DNA of 64,000 bases from contig NC_086108.1 in the NCBI RefSeq assembly GCF_963921235.1, positions 44,208,001-44,272,000 on the forward strand, read 5' to 3'. Shown piece after piece: positions 1-12,019 of the stretch (position 1 is the first letter of the stretch; each line of letters opens with the position of its first letter). A model generated the notes under the pieces. That model was not told the DNA's origin. It searched no databases and worked only from the letters and a program-made list of their open reading frames with translations. This DNA comes from Mobula hypostoma (taxonomy: Eukaryota). Position numbers and translations under genes: made by a program.

Positions 1-363
1 CCATTCACTACCTGGAGGAGCATAAACATTCAGCAATGTTACTTCTGTACTTTCTATTCTTCCTGTGATTTTTACAAACCGTCCTTCTTTGTCTCTAGTC
101 TCTGAAATATGTTCATAATTAAGAGTACTTGATATTAAAGTAGCTACCCCTCTTTTGTGACTCAATTTATATGATGAATAAAATACATGCTTAAAGCCCA
201 TTCTTTTTAATTTTCCATGTTCAGATTGGCTCATATGTGTTTCCTGGAGGAAAGCTATTTGTGCCCTCTCTTTTTTCAATATAGACATAATCTTATTTCT
301 TTTAATTGGATTCAAAACCTCATTAACATTATAGGAAATTATTTTTACCAATTCAGTTTGCAT
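1..363 (-). CDS. L1 ORF2p N-terminal APE endonuclease (partial, open to window edge)
   Basis: Manual translation MQTELVKIISYNVNEVLNPIKR...IAFLQETH...KRGVATLI...DKEGRFV...LLNVYAPP with no stop in 121 codons. Confidence 0.88.
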   Translation of the reverse strand, partial: MQTELVKIISYNVNEVLNPIKRNKIMSILKKERAQIAFLQETHMSQSEHGKLKRMGFKHVFYSSYKLSHKRGVATLISSTLNYEHISETRDKEGRFVKITGRIESTEVTLLNVYAPPGSEW

Positions 364-761
364 TTTTCTCTAGTAGAAAAAAAACACTCTCCTTTTCTAA
401 CCAAACAGTAAGCAATCCCTTCTCAACAGTAAACCAAGACATATAACCACACCCCAGACATTTTTGAATGTGTAACATTTGAAAATTTTTCCCGACTTCC
501 CACAGTGAGGCCTGAGCACCAACCCGCCTCAGTTCAGAGGGATAACCTCTATCTTCACCCTGTGTTAGAGGGCCCTCAGCAGTTTGAATAATCATAGAGA
601 ATTTTCTCCTATTTATGTCTCGACCAAATTGCTATCATTCAAGTTATTCCGCCTAGTTTATTTTCAGTTACCAGTTTTCGTTTTACCTTTAAGTCCGATT
701 TACTCTTTTCAGTCATTTCTCTTAATTAATCTGTATTCTCTGTACATTCGCGTCTGAATAT

Positions 762-1712
762 TTACAGCTTTTCCTTGTAGTTTGACACTCTGGTTCGTGT
801 GGAGCGTCCTCGCCCCACTAACTGCCACGACTTCTGCCGAATCCTCTCCAGTAGCGACTCCGGTTGGGTGATAACTTTAATAGGTAGTCTCCAGTCCGCC
901 AGGTCCGACGTTGCCTCCTCCACCGTTGCGTAAGTTTTTGTCCCTTCGTCGTAAAAGACTCTCAGCCGAGCTGGATACAGGGTCTGGAATCTGATGTTGT
1001 TTTCCTTCAGGACTCTCCGTGTTTCCGTATATTCCTTCTGTCTGGCAAGAATCCCCGGTGCGTAGTTGTGGTCTAAACTGATTTTACAGTTGTTCCATAT
1101 GAAACCTTTCTTTTGCCATGCCCTTTTAAGCACCTCTTCCTTCGTTCTGTAACTGAGAAATCTGACCAGAATCGATCTGGGCTGGGCACCTGCCGGAGGC
1201 TGTGGTGCCAACGTGCAGTGAGCCCTTTCTATCTGTAGGTCTTTTGCGGCCGGTATATCAAGGTTCTCTCTAAGCAGCTTCTCCACGAAGGGAATCATCA
1301 ATCCGGGTTTACCTTCAGTTCCTTCGGGAACTCCGTAAATCCTCACATTTTCCCTTCTCGAGCGGCCTTCTTGGCCTATGAGCTTCCACTGGAGCTGGTC
1401 TTGCAGCTTCAGCATTTCTGCTATCACTTCCTCAGCGTTTTGTAGTTTCTCTTCAATTCGAACAATCCTCGCTTCGGTTTCATCTATCCACGAGTTAGTT
1501 TTTACTATTTCTCCTTTAATATCTTCCAGCTGTTTGCTGTTATCTTGTCGGAACTCGCGAATCTCTCCGAGAATCAAAGACAGAGTCACCGATTCCCCCT
1601 CATTATCTCCGTCCTGGCTTGCCATGGGGGAGCTAGGCCTGTCGCCTTGCTGCGTCTCTTTATGTTTATCAGCCTTCGGAGCGGACTTTTTAATCTTGTT
1701 CTTAGACATCAT
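762..1712 (-). CDS. L1 ORF1p (coiled coil, RRM, CTD; Transposase_22-like)
   Basis: Motifs EGRSRRENVRIYGVPEG, IERAH, PRSILVRF, LYPARLRV. The frame continues about 12 codons past the TAA at 762-764, so this stop may be premature. Confidence 0.88.
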   Translation of the reverse strand: MMSKNKIKKSAPKADKHKETQQGDRPSSPMASQDGDNEGESVTLSLILGEIREFRQDNSKQLEDIKGEIVKTNSWIDETEARIVRIEEKLQNAEEVIAEMLKLQDQLQWKLIGQEGRSRRENVRIYGVPEGTEGKPGLMIPFVEKLLRENLDIPAAKDLQIERAHCTLAPQPPAGAQPRSILVRFLSYRTKEEVLKRAWQKKGFIWNNCKISLDHNYAPGILARQKEYTETRRVLKENNIRFQTLYPARLRVFYDEGTKTYATVEEATSDLADWRLPIKVITQPESLLERIRQKSWQLVGRGRSTRTRVSNYKEKL

Positions 1713-1859
1713 CCTTGCCCCTTTTATTAATATAGTTATGCAATATTAAGTATTTGTCCAAATTCGATTTTGGGGCAGTTTACCTTCTTTTTTGTCGAGA
1801 GACCTTTTCCTTACGCCGCCATTCCCTTGATGACCCGGAAGTCCCGCAAGTTGAGACAT

Positions 1860-2225
1860 TTATCATTGCAGCAGAGTGAACTTAAAGAGATGTATAAAAT
1901 TATAAGGAGCATAGATAGGATAAGGGGACTCAGCCTTTCTCCCCCAGGACTGGGGAATCAAGAACTAGGCGACGTAGACTTAAGGTGAGAGGAAAGAGAT
2001 TTCATAGGGAACTTAGGGGCAACTTTTTCACTCCAAAGAGAGGTCAATCCATGGAATGAGCTGCCAAAGGAAGTGTTTCAGGCAGGTGCAATACCAACAT
2101 TTAAAAGGTACTTGGACAGGTACAGAGATAGGAAAGATTTGGAATATGGGACTGGCTTAAATGGGGATCTTGATCAGCAGGGGCCAGTTGGGCTGAAGAA
2201 CCCATTTCCGTGCTGTACGATTTGA
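1860..2225 (+). mobile_element. CR1 LINE 3' fragment, degenerate
   Basis: Similar to the CR1 ORF2 C-terminus (L.E.YKI.R.IDR...WNELP) and 3'UTR seen in other copies here. Confidence 0.7.
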
Positions 2226-3387
2226 TAACTCTGTGAGAATCAGGTACGTTTTACACCAGTCTGGTATATTAACTTAGCCATTGTTGTCACACTGGAAACC
2301 CACCATGAGAGCAGATGCTGCAGATTTATTTGGTATTTATAGCTGGACTGCAATCAACCTAATTCAGAGTTTACACCGTTACTCGCAATGATTCATTTTC
2401 TAATAATGAACCAATATTCATACCATTCATAGCTTTCTCTTAAATTGGTGAATCGTACATTAGAACGTTCAGTTAATTCATTCATGTCCTTTAGGTATGG
2501 GCATTTGCCACACTTACCTGGTCTAACTTTTAAGTTTTAGAGATGTTTGATAATGCTCCTGAAAGAAGTTGGAACATGTTGTTTCATTAAACTCTCTATG
2601 TACAGTAAATGCAAGCTGCAAATATCCTAACCTGACTTTGAGCAGGAAGATCACCTGAAGAGCAATTAGTTCTACAAAATAGAGAATTCAGTGAAAGAAG
2701 ATACTGCTTCCTCTGACAAAGTTATACCCACAAATTCTGACATCATTCCCAAATAAAAACATCTGCATATTCAGATATACACAGTATATAAATACACTCT
2801 CGTATATCCGGCACATGAAAATTAACTGTTTTATTTAAAAAAAATAAAGCACTGACATTTAATTCAACTCTTTGTTAAAGCAATTGATTTTTTAATGAAT
2901 GTTATTTAACGTACAGGATTTGGAATTAGTTAAGTATTAACAGACGGTTTGGAGGAGTATAAAACTGGGCTCCACGCAGTCTGCTGCTTCTGCACTTCAT
3001 CTCACATGTGCAGTTTGTGCCAGATGCCACCTTGGCAAGAACACTGATGCACGCTGCAAGGTGGATTTTGATTATCAGTAATGCAACACAAATTTAAAAT
3101 TAAACAAATATGAAGCAATCGTTCACATTTTGTAGCTAAACAGACCAACTAATGCCTTCTCAATCACATACATTTGGCATCAGGTAGGACTCGGCCAACA
3201 AATGCAGTTTAAAGGAATCGTAAAAGGACCTTGTTGTTGATAGCGTTCTACTGTCTGTTGCAATGACTAGTGTGCTCAGACTGCATTCAAATATTTAAAT
3301 TTTATGGAAAGTGGTATGCTTATGGTGAAGTAGTCTGACTCTATGTGCAAATTAGTTTCTTAAGAAGGTGCACCATAAATATCAGGG

Positions 3388-3640
3388 TAACACACACAAA
3401 ATGCTGGAAGAACTCAGCAGGTCAGGCAGCATCTAGGGAAAGAAATAAACAGTCGCGTTTCTGGCCGAGACCCTTCATCATGACTGGCAAGGAAGTGGGG
3501 AGGAAGCCAGGATAAGAAGGTGGGAGGAGGAGGGGAGGGGAAGGAGTTCATGCTGGCAGGTGATGGGTGAAGGCAGGTGAGGGAGAAGGTAGGTGGATGG
3601 GGGAGGAAGGTTGAAGTGCAAAGCTGGGAGGTAATACTTG
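3388..3640 (-). mobile_element. Penelope-like element pseudo-LTR tail with degenerate hammerhead motif (3450-3486)
   Basis: Same tail sequence (acacacaaaatgctgg...cagcatct...gacccttcatca) as the coding PLE copies. Confidence 0.75.
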
Positions 3641-4249
3641 TGTGCTATACCACAAATATCACGTTTGATCTACAACATGAATAAAAAGATTGGCAGGAGG
3701 CACCTGGAGCAGGACAAGGATGTGTGAAGAAACAGAGGATGAGGAATCTTGGTATAAAATTGGATCCACCCAGACTGGGAGGCATCAGGTCTCCTGCCTA
3801 AGCAAACAAAAACAACTTTGCCACCTAATACATTGCAAACACAACCTCAGGCTGAAGCAAGGACTTCACTGTCAGCAGGTGTGGCTATAAACTTCTACTC
3901 TACATATAATGAGAGCCAGACTGTCACAGGACATGGCAGAATATTAGCATGTTCAAACACTTCCACTGTCTAGAAAACTCTGGACGATCACTGCAGCTCA
4001 TGTCGTATTTCAAGCCCAGACCCTTAGTATCCTGCAACACACTTCACAACCTTGCAATTATAAGAGCATTATTCTAGTCTCCAGACATCAACAAAGCAGC
4101 TAAAAAGAACAAAAGAGTCAACTTTGACGGTCTATTTGAGCAAATTACGATTAACTGATACAACCGCAGACTGCTGCAACATGGAAACAGAGTCTTTGGC
4201 TCAACTTGTCCACGTTGACTGTGTTGCTTACCAGCAACACCAGGCAACA

Positions 4250-7200
4250 GGCGAAACTTGGAGGGGGAGGGATGAAGCAAAGAGCTAGGAAGTTGATTGG
4301 TGAAAGAGACAGAAGGCCATGGGAGAAAGAGGAGGGGGGAAGGAGGAGCACTAGAGGGAGGCGATGGGCAGGCAAGGAGATAACATGAGAGAGGGACAAG
4401 GGGACGGGAAATGGTGAAGGTGGGTGGGGGGAGAGGCATTACTGGAAGTTTGAGAAATCGATCTTTGTGCCATCAGGTTGGAGGCTACCCAAACGGAATA
4501 CAGTACAAGGTGTTGTTCCTCCAACCCAAGTGTGGCCTTAGGAAAGGGCCACACTTAGACCGATGGTTTGAGATGCATCTATTTTAATGCAAGGAGTATT
4601 TTGAACACAGCGGATGAGCTTAAAGAGTGGATCAGTACTTGGAGCTATGATGTTGAGGCCATTACAGAAACTTGGATGGCTCGGGGGCAGGAATGGTTAC
4701 TTCAAGTGCCAGGCTTTAGATGTTTCCGAAAGGGAGGCAAAAGAGGTGGGAGCATGACACTGTTGATCGGAGATAGTGTCACGGCTGCAGAAAAGGAGGA
4801 AGTCATGGAGGGATTGTCTACGGAGTCTCTATGGGTGGAAGTTAGGAACAGGAAGAGGTCAATAACTCTACCAGGTGTTTTTTTTTATATAGACCACCCA
4901 ATAGTAACAGGGACATTGAGGAGCAGACAGGGAGACAGATCCTGGAAAAGTGTAATAATAACAGGGTTGGCTTGGTGAGAGATTTTAATTTCCCAAATAT
5001 TGATTGGCATGTCCCTAGATCGAGGGTTTAGATGGGGTGGAGCTTGTTAGGTGTGTTCAGGAAGGTTTCTTGACACAATATGTAGATAAGCCTACAAGAG
5101 GAGAGACTGTACTTGATCTGGTATTGGGAAATGAATCTGGTCAGGTGTCAGATCCCTCAGTGGGAGAGCAGTTTGGAGATAATGATCACAATTCTATCTC
5201 CTTTACCATAGCATTGGAGAAGGATAGGAACAGACAAGTTAGGAAAACATTTAATTGGAGTAAGGGGAAATATGAGGCTATCAGGCAGGAACTTGGAAAC
5301 ATAAATTGGGAACAGATGTTCTCAGGGAAACGTACAGAAGAAATGTGGCAAATGTTCAGGGGATATTTGCGTGGAGTTCTACATAGGTACGTTCCAATGA
5401 GACAGGGAAAGGATGGTAGGGTACAAGAACCATGGTGTACAAAGGCTGTTGTAAATCTAGTCAAGAAGTAAAGAAAAGCTTACGAAAGGTTCAAAAACTA
5501 AGTAATAATAGAGATCTAGAAGATTATAAGGCTAGCAGGAAGAGCTTAAGAATGAAATTAGGAGAGCCAGAAGGGGCTATGAGAAGGCCTTGGCGGACAG
5601 GATTAAGGAAAACTCCAAGGCATTCTACAAGTATGTGAAGAGCAAGAGGATAAGACATGACAGAATTGGACCAATCAATCGGTGACAGTGGAAAAGTGTG
5701 TATGGAACTGGAGGAGATAGCAGAGGCACTTGATGAGTACTTTGCTTCAGTATTCACTATGGAAAAGGATCTTGGCGATTGTCGGGATGACTTACAGTGG
5801 ACTGAAAAGCTTGAACATATAGATATTAAGAAAGAGGATGTGCTGGAGCTTCTGGAAAGCATCAAGTTGGATAAGTCACCGGGACCGGATGGGATGTACC
5901 CCAGGCTACAGTGGGAGGCGAGAGAGGAAATTGCTGAGCCTCTGGGGATGATCTTTGCATCATCAATGGGGACGAGACAGGTTCTGGAGTATTGGAGGGT
6001 TGCGGATGTTGTTCCTTTATTCAAGAAAGGGAGTAGAGGTAGCCCAGGAAATTATAACCAGTGAGTCTTACTTCAGTGGTGGGTAAGTTGATGGAAAAGA
6101 TCCTGACAGGCAGGATTTATGAACATTTAGAGAGGCATAATATGATTAGGAATAGTCAGCATGGCTTTGTCAAAGGCAGGTCGTGCCTTACAAGCCAGAT
6201 TGAATTTTTTGGGGATGTGACTAAACACATTGATGAAGGAAGAGTAGTAGATGTAGTGTATATGGATTTCAGCAAGGCATTTGATAAAACACCCCATGCA
6301 AGGCTTATTGAGAAAGTAAGGAGGCATGGGATGCAAGGGGACATTGCTTTGTGGATCCAGAATTGGCTTGCCCACAGAAGGCAAAGAGTGGTTGTAGACA
6401 GGTCATATTCTGCATGGAGTTCAGTGACCAGTGGTGTGCCTCAGGGATCTGTTCTGGGACCCCTACTCTTCGTGATTTTTACAAATGACCTGGATGAGGA
6501 AGTGGAGGGATGGGTTAGTAAATCTGCTAATGACACAAAGGTTGGGGGTGTAGTGGATAGTGTGGAGGGCTGTCAGAGGTTGCAGCAGGACATTGATAGG
6601 ATGCAAAACTGGACTGAGAAGTGGCAGATGGAGTTCAACCCAGATAAGTGTAAGGTGGTTCATTTTGGTGGTCAAATATGATGGCAGAATATAGTATTAA
6701 TGGTAAGACTCTTGGCAGTATGGAGGATCAGAGGGATCCTGGGGTCTGAATCCATAGGACACTCAAAACTGCTGCGCAGGTTGACTGCGTGGTTAAGAAG
6801 GCAAACGGTGCATTGGACTTCATCAATCGTGGGATTAGGAGCCGAAAGGTAATACTGCAGTCATATGGGACCCTGGTTAGACCCCACTTGGAGTACTGTG
6901 CTCAGTTCTGGTCGCCTCACTACAGGAAAGGTGTGGAAACCAGAGAAAGGGTGCAGAGGAGATTTACAAGGATGTTGCCCAGATTGGGGGGCATGTCTGA
7001 TGAGAATAAGTTGAGTGAACTCGGCCCTTTCTCCTTGGAGCGACAGAAGATGAGAGGTGACCTGATAGAGCTGTACAAGATGATGAGAGGCATTGATCGT
7101 GTGGGTAGTCAGAGGCTTTTTTACAGGGCTGAAATGGCTAGTATGAGAGGGCATGGTTTGGTCTTTTTGGAAATCAGACCAGAGTGAATACTCTGAGGTG

Positions 7201-7835
7201 TGTTATGGAACAGAGGGATGTCATAGTAAAAGTGCAAGGTTTGCTGAAAATGGCACGGCAGGCTGACAAGTTGAAGAAGGCAGGTTTGGGCACGCTGGCC
7301 TTCATCAGTCAAGGCATTGAGTATAGGATTTGGGAAGTTATGTTGCAGCACTGCAGACATTTTTGAGTTCGCACTTGGAGGATTGTGTACAGTTTTGGTC
7401 ATCCTGTCAGAGGAAAGGTGCTTGGGAGTAGGTACAGAGGAGATATCAGGAGTAAGTTTTTTTTACGGAGATAGTGATGAGTGCGTGGAATGGGCTGCTG
7501 GCAACGGTTGTGGAGGCAGATTCTACAGGGTCTTTTAAGAGACTCCTGGATAGATACATGGAGTTTAGGAAAATAGAGGGGTAAAATAGATCATTTCTAA
7601 GGTATGAACATGTTCGGCACAGCATCGTGGGCCAAAGGGCCTGTATTGTGCTGTAGGTTTTCTATGTTTCTATGATATACAGGAGGCCACTCCGGGAGCA
7701 CCGAACACAGTAAATGACCCCAACAGACTCACAGATGAAGTGTTGCCTCACCTGGAAGGACTGTCTGGGGCTCTGAATTGTAGTGAGGGAGGAGGTGTAG
7801 GGGCAGGTTAGGCACTTGTCCCGCCTGCAAGGATA
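4250..7835 (-). mobile_element. PLE fragment (4250-4538 and 7674-7835) split by a CR1 insertion
   Basis: pLTR and GIY-YIG C-terminal sequence on the left continues as GIY-YIG sequence right of the CR1 tail. Confidence 0.7.
4540..7673 (+). mobile_element. CR1 LINE, near-complete ORF2 (APE + RT) with frameshifts and stops
   Basis: YFNARS, AITETW, DKSPGPDG, YMDFSKAFDK, SGVPQGSVLGPLLF, RPHLEYC; 3' tail tttctatgtttctatg. Confidence 0.92.
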
Positions 7836-8141
7836 AGATTACCATGCTGGTAAACCTGTTTCTGCACTCTTTATATTTTAATAACACCTTTCCTCTGACA
7901 GGATGACCAAAACTGTACACAATCCTCCAAGTGCGAACTCAAAAATGTCTGCAGTGCTGCAACATAACTTCCCAAATCCTATACTCAATGCCTTGACTGA
8001 TGAAGGCCAGCGTGCCCAAACCTGCCTTCTTCAACTTGTCAGCCTGCCGTGCCATTTTCAGCAAACCTTGCACTTTTACTATGACGTCCCTCTGTTCCAT
8101 AACACACCTCAGAGTATTCAATCTGGTCTGATTTCCAAAAA
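7164..8141. repeat. 257-bp inverted repeat (7164-7420 versus 7885-8141), two mismatches seen
   Basis: Near-identical ORFs on opposite strands (7121..7402- versus 7903..8289+), checked by reading the nucleotides. Confidence 0.92.
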
Positions 8142-8570
8142 TGCAATACCTCACATTAACTGGACTGAAAGCCACTGGCTAATCCACAACCCACATACCA
8201 GCAGATCAAGCCCATCTGTAATTTTTCATAACCCACTACACTATCTCGCAACACAATCTATTTTAATATCATCCGTAAAGTTCCTATAAACATGGCAGTT
8301 CACATCACTTCCATTCCTAATTAGCAAACCTGTTTTCTTAAATAATGTCTCTGCATCGTCAAGATTTCTCTTCCCCATTTTAGTTTTTAATGTTTCAATC
8401 AAATCACCTCTCATGCTTCTTAACTCCAGCAGACACAAGCCTAGCCTACTTGACCTTTCTTCATAAGACTATCCTTCCATTCTAGATATTAGTCCAACAA
8501 ACCTTCTCTGAATGGCTTCCACTTCGGTCCTTCCCTAACAGAGGCAAATACTCTACATAGACAGGACAAC
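7841..8570 (-). mobile_element. Old degenerate CR1 fragments
   Basis: LAFISQGIEYR and MRGDLIET remnants. Confidence 0.65.
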
Positions 8571-8574
8571 AAAA

Positions 8575-8865
8575 TGGCTGCTGCTTCTCAGCTCCAGAGG
8601 CCCAGTTCAGTATCGTCCTGCAGTGTTACACGAGTCCACACCTTTCCCCTGTGATCAGGCAGTTTATCTCCTATCCCAATGGTGGGAAGAGTTGGTAAGT
8701 TAATTGATCACTGTAAATTGCCACTCGTGAGTAGATGACTATTAAATCTGGAGGAGATGGGGTTCATGAGAATGTGGGGAGAACAAACCATGGTTAATAT
8801 GAGATTAGTGTAAGTGGGTGATTGATGGTATTGAGTCGGGTCAGTCAAAGGGCCCATTTCCATAC
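8575..8865 (+). mobile_element. V-SINE / HE1-like SINE, degenerate
   Basis: Resembles the V-domain core (ggtaagttaattgatcactgtaaattgcc) followed by a CR1-like tail; recognised from memory only. Confidence 0.5.
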
Positions 8866-9524
8866 TCAAGAACTGAACAAGTTCTCCAAATGTGGTATCA
8901 CCACTTCCCTACAGAGCTGTTTCACTAAGGAACCACTTTATTCTACATTCTTAAACAAGTGTGCAATTTTCCAACCACTGCAATGTCACCTCACTAGACA
9001 CTTTGATGTTCAGAGAATCCATAAATTGTAGAACATGTAAATAAAGCACAACTAAACCGAAGAACTCTTACCCTATTCATTCTTTACATTGTCATATAAG
9101 CTTTTAGTTTTTAAGTCTGAATGACCAGCAGACTGAGTCACATTGAGACCAAGGAGGAAACCTGCTTCACGAAACAGCATCCATGTACATCTAAAGTCAC
9201 AAACTGCTGAGGATGGCAATTGTGGCAAGGCAGCATTGAAAGGGTAAGTGTATCGGTGAAATATTTTTAAAAAATCAATGTCAAGCAATCTACATTAAAC
9301 AAGGAATTGCTACCAATATTGTTATATCTTGAGAACTGAATTCATTGCCCTATTGAAAGAGTTACCAAAAAGAACCACTTTGCCCCTCCCTCCAATTTCT
9401 TTCATTTCTTAACAACATATTTATTTTATTATCTTGGAAAAGTGATGCTGCTGAGCGTTTCACGGTAATTAACTATTTTACCATTGACATTTTTCTCAGG
9501 AGATTTAATTTTGCATTAATCAAA

Positions 9525-10572
9525 GCAACACACATAAAATGCTGGAGGAACTCAGCAGATCAGGCAGCATCTATGGAAAAGAGTAAACATGCTATGTCTC
9601 GGGCCGAGACCCTTCTTCAGGATTGGAAAGGAAGGGAGAAGACACCAGAATAAAAAGGTAGGTGGAGGGGAAGGAGGATAGCTGGAAGGTGATAGGTGAA
9701 GCCAGGTGGGTAGGAAAAGAAAAGGGCTGGAGAGGAAGGAATTTGATAGGAGAGGAGAGTGGACCATAGGAGAAAGGGAAGGAGGAGGGGACCCAGAGGG
9801 AGGCAACAGGCAGGTGAGAAGAAGTAAGAGACCAGAGTGGGGAATAGAAGATGAGGGTAGGGGGAGGGAAAATTACATGACTGGAAGGAGAAACTCATAT
9901 TCATGCAACCCAGTTGCAGGCTATCTAGATGGAATATGAAGTGATGCTCCTCCATCCTGAGGGTGGCCTCATTGCATCACAAGAGAAGGTCATGGACTGA
10001 CATGTCAGAACAAGAATGCAAATCGGAATTAAGGTGTTTGGCCACCGGGAAGTTCTGCTTTTGACAGATGAAGCACAGATGCTTGATGAAGCGGTTGCCC
10101 AATTTGCAGCAGGTCTCACCAATGCGTTGGAGGCTGCATTATACAATAGACAACAACAGCAGATTCACAGGTGAAGCGTTGCCTCACCTGGAAGGACCTC
10201 ACTGGTGAAAAAAAAAATCCCTCCCCCTCCCTCCTCTTCTTCTAATCCCCACTCTGGCCTCTTGCCTCTTCTCGCCAGCCTATTGCTTACCCCTGGGTCC
10301 CCTCCTCCTTCCCTTTCTCCAATGGTCCACTCTCCTCTCCTATCAGATTTTTTCTTCTCTCGCCCTTTACCTTTCTTACCCTCCTTCATTCACCTATCAC
10401 CTTCCGGCTATCTTCCTTCCCCTCCCCCACCTTTTTATTCTGGTGTCTTCCCCCGTTTCCTTTCCAGTCCTGAAGAACGGTCTCAGCCCGAAATCTTGCA
10501 TCTTCGTTCATTCCAGCATTTTGTGTGTCTTGCTTTGGATTTCCGGCAACTGCACAATTTCTTGTGTTAGTG
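9525..10572. mobile_element. Inverted PLE pair (minus copy about 9525-10197, plus copy about 10200-10570)
   Basis: Mirror-image pLTR sequence and GIY-YIG remnant; possible flanking duplication aatcaaa (9518-9524 / 10573-10579). Confidence 0.75.
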
Positions 10573-10669
10573 AATCAAATCCTGGTCTGATTGTTTCTGA
10601 TCTACATTGCACAGATGTATTCAGAGTGACAGGATAGGCATCTTTAAACTAATTTATCTGTCAATAACA

Positions 10670-10790
10670 CAAGAGATTCTAGAAGTCCAGAGCAACAGGC
10701 ACAAAATGCTGGAGGAACTCAGCCCGTCAGGCAGCATCTATGGAAACGAATAAACAGTCTACATTTCAGGCTGAGACCTTACATCAGATT
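10670..10790 (-). mobile_element. Short PLE tail fragment
   Basis: cacaaaatgctggaggaactcagc...catttcaggctgagacctt tail motif. Confidence 0.7.
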
Positions 10791-11135
10791 AGGATCAATA
10801 AGCTGCTAAAATAGTATTTTTCTGCATTTAGTGCAGCTATAAACCAGTATTCCACAGGTTTCTTACTAAGCAAGTTTGGTTAAAATTATCCTCAATCCAT
10901 CTGAAAAATAATACATACTTCCTACTCACAAAAACTTCTGCTTTTTATGTGAAAAGGCTATTTCTTGATTTTGTTGTTGATTTGCACATGCAGTTAAAAT
11001 ATCATTAAACTTCCCTGGACGTTTAACAACTAAAGAGGAATACATATGGCAAATTAAAACAAAATCAGAGTGCATACATATTAGATAAGCACAACCTTCA
11101 GATCTTTAGTTACCACTCTAAGATCATATTCCTAC

Positions 11136-11237
11136 CTTTCCAGGACCTTCTCCCTTGGCTACGAAGGTAGCAAATGCATTGCACACTTTCCACTGCTTTC
11201 CACTCAACGGATCTTCACAAATAATATTAATTCCAAC
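11136..11237 (-). CDS. ACOT11: ACOT11-like coding exon, 102 nt (VGINIICEDPLSGKQWKVCNAFATFVAKGEGPGK)
   Basis: Acceptor attctttatccag, donor AAG|gtagga, phase 0/0. Matches ACOT11 VGIQVASEDLCSEKQWNVCKALATFVA. The next expected coding exon was not found, so the gene continues beyond position 1. Confidence 0.88.
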
Positions 11238-11662
11238 CTGGATAAAGAATTATTTTCTAAATTAATCTAACTGTAAAGCATCTCCCAGCAGAACAACTAC
11301 AACCCAATGATTTCCAACAATGCTTTTAACGTCAAATGCACGGTTCGGAGAGAATGGTCCGGCAGCTCTGGCCAAGGAGCACCAATGTTAGCTCTATATA
11401 GCTTTCAGAACTGGCACAAATCTACCATTGTTATAAATTCTGATCTAAAATTGTAGATACACTGAGCCACAACACTGTATTTCCGTATGATGTCAGCAAA
11501 CTGAAGGTTATGGTAGAGCTGTATTCTAGGATAAGTTAAACATCCCAAAGGCATATACGTATGAGAAAAACAGATTGGAAAAAAACCCTATCTTAATTGG
11601 ATTTAATTGTCACTCGACTGGATTAGTGAAATCCTTCATACAAATCTAAAGTAAGTTCCAAC

Positions 11663-11723
11663 CTCCAGACTTGTGGTAAATGCACGATTCACTTTTGCTT
11701 TGATGTTCACTACTTGTCCAACT
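11663..11723 (-). CDS. ACOT11: ACOT11-like coding exon, 61 nt (RVGQVVNIKAKVNRAFTTSLE)
   Basis: Acceptor ttttattttcttccag, donor GAG|gttgga. Matches ACOT11 VGQVVNIKAKVNRAFNSSME. Confidence 0.9.
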
Positions 11724-12019
11724 CTGGAAGAAAATAAAAGCATTCAGAATTACCAAGAAAGCCACTTGCAAATGCACTGAAAATCTGCTATCATGATAAC
11801 CTTGACAAGTTCATTTTTGTATTTCATAATACCAGCTTTGGTGAGTAACTAACATCCACTATAATCCTATTAAAGGGTATCAAGCTCCAGCTTGTGTTAT
11901 TTTGAATCCAAATACTCAGCATTATCTTTATCTTAGAACTCTCCCAATGGTATTTGCCATAGGAGTGCAAAATGCTCAGCTGCCAAGCTTTCTCTTTTGA
12001 CAATTTCCCTTTTTTTTCC

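Larger units (their letters stand above)
1..1845 (-). mobile_element. L1-clade LINE, 5' part (5'UTR, ORF1, spacer, start of ORF2), running off the window edge
   Basis: 5' end GGGACTTCCGG...ATGGCGGCG; L1-type ORF1; APE endonuclease ORF2 start. Confidence 0.9.

Noticed and set aside
9071..9160. Exon-like segment with a gtaag donor on the minus strand
   Set aside because: Poor polypyrimidine tract and no similarity to the expected ACOT exon.
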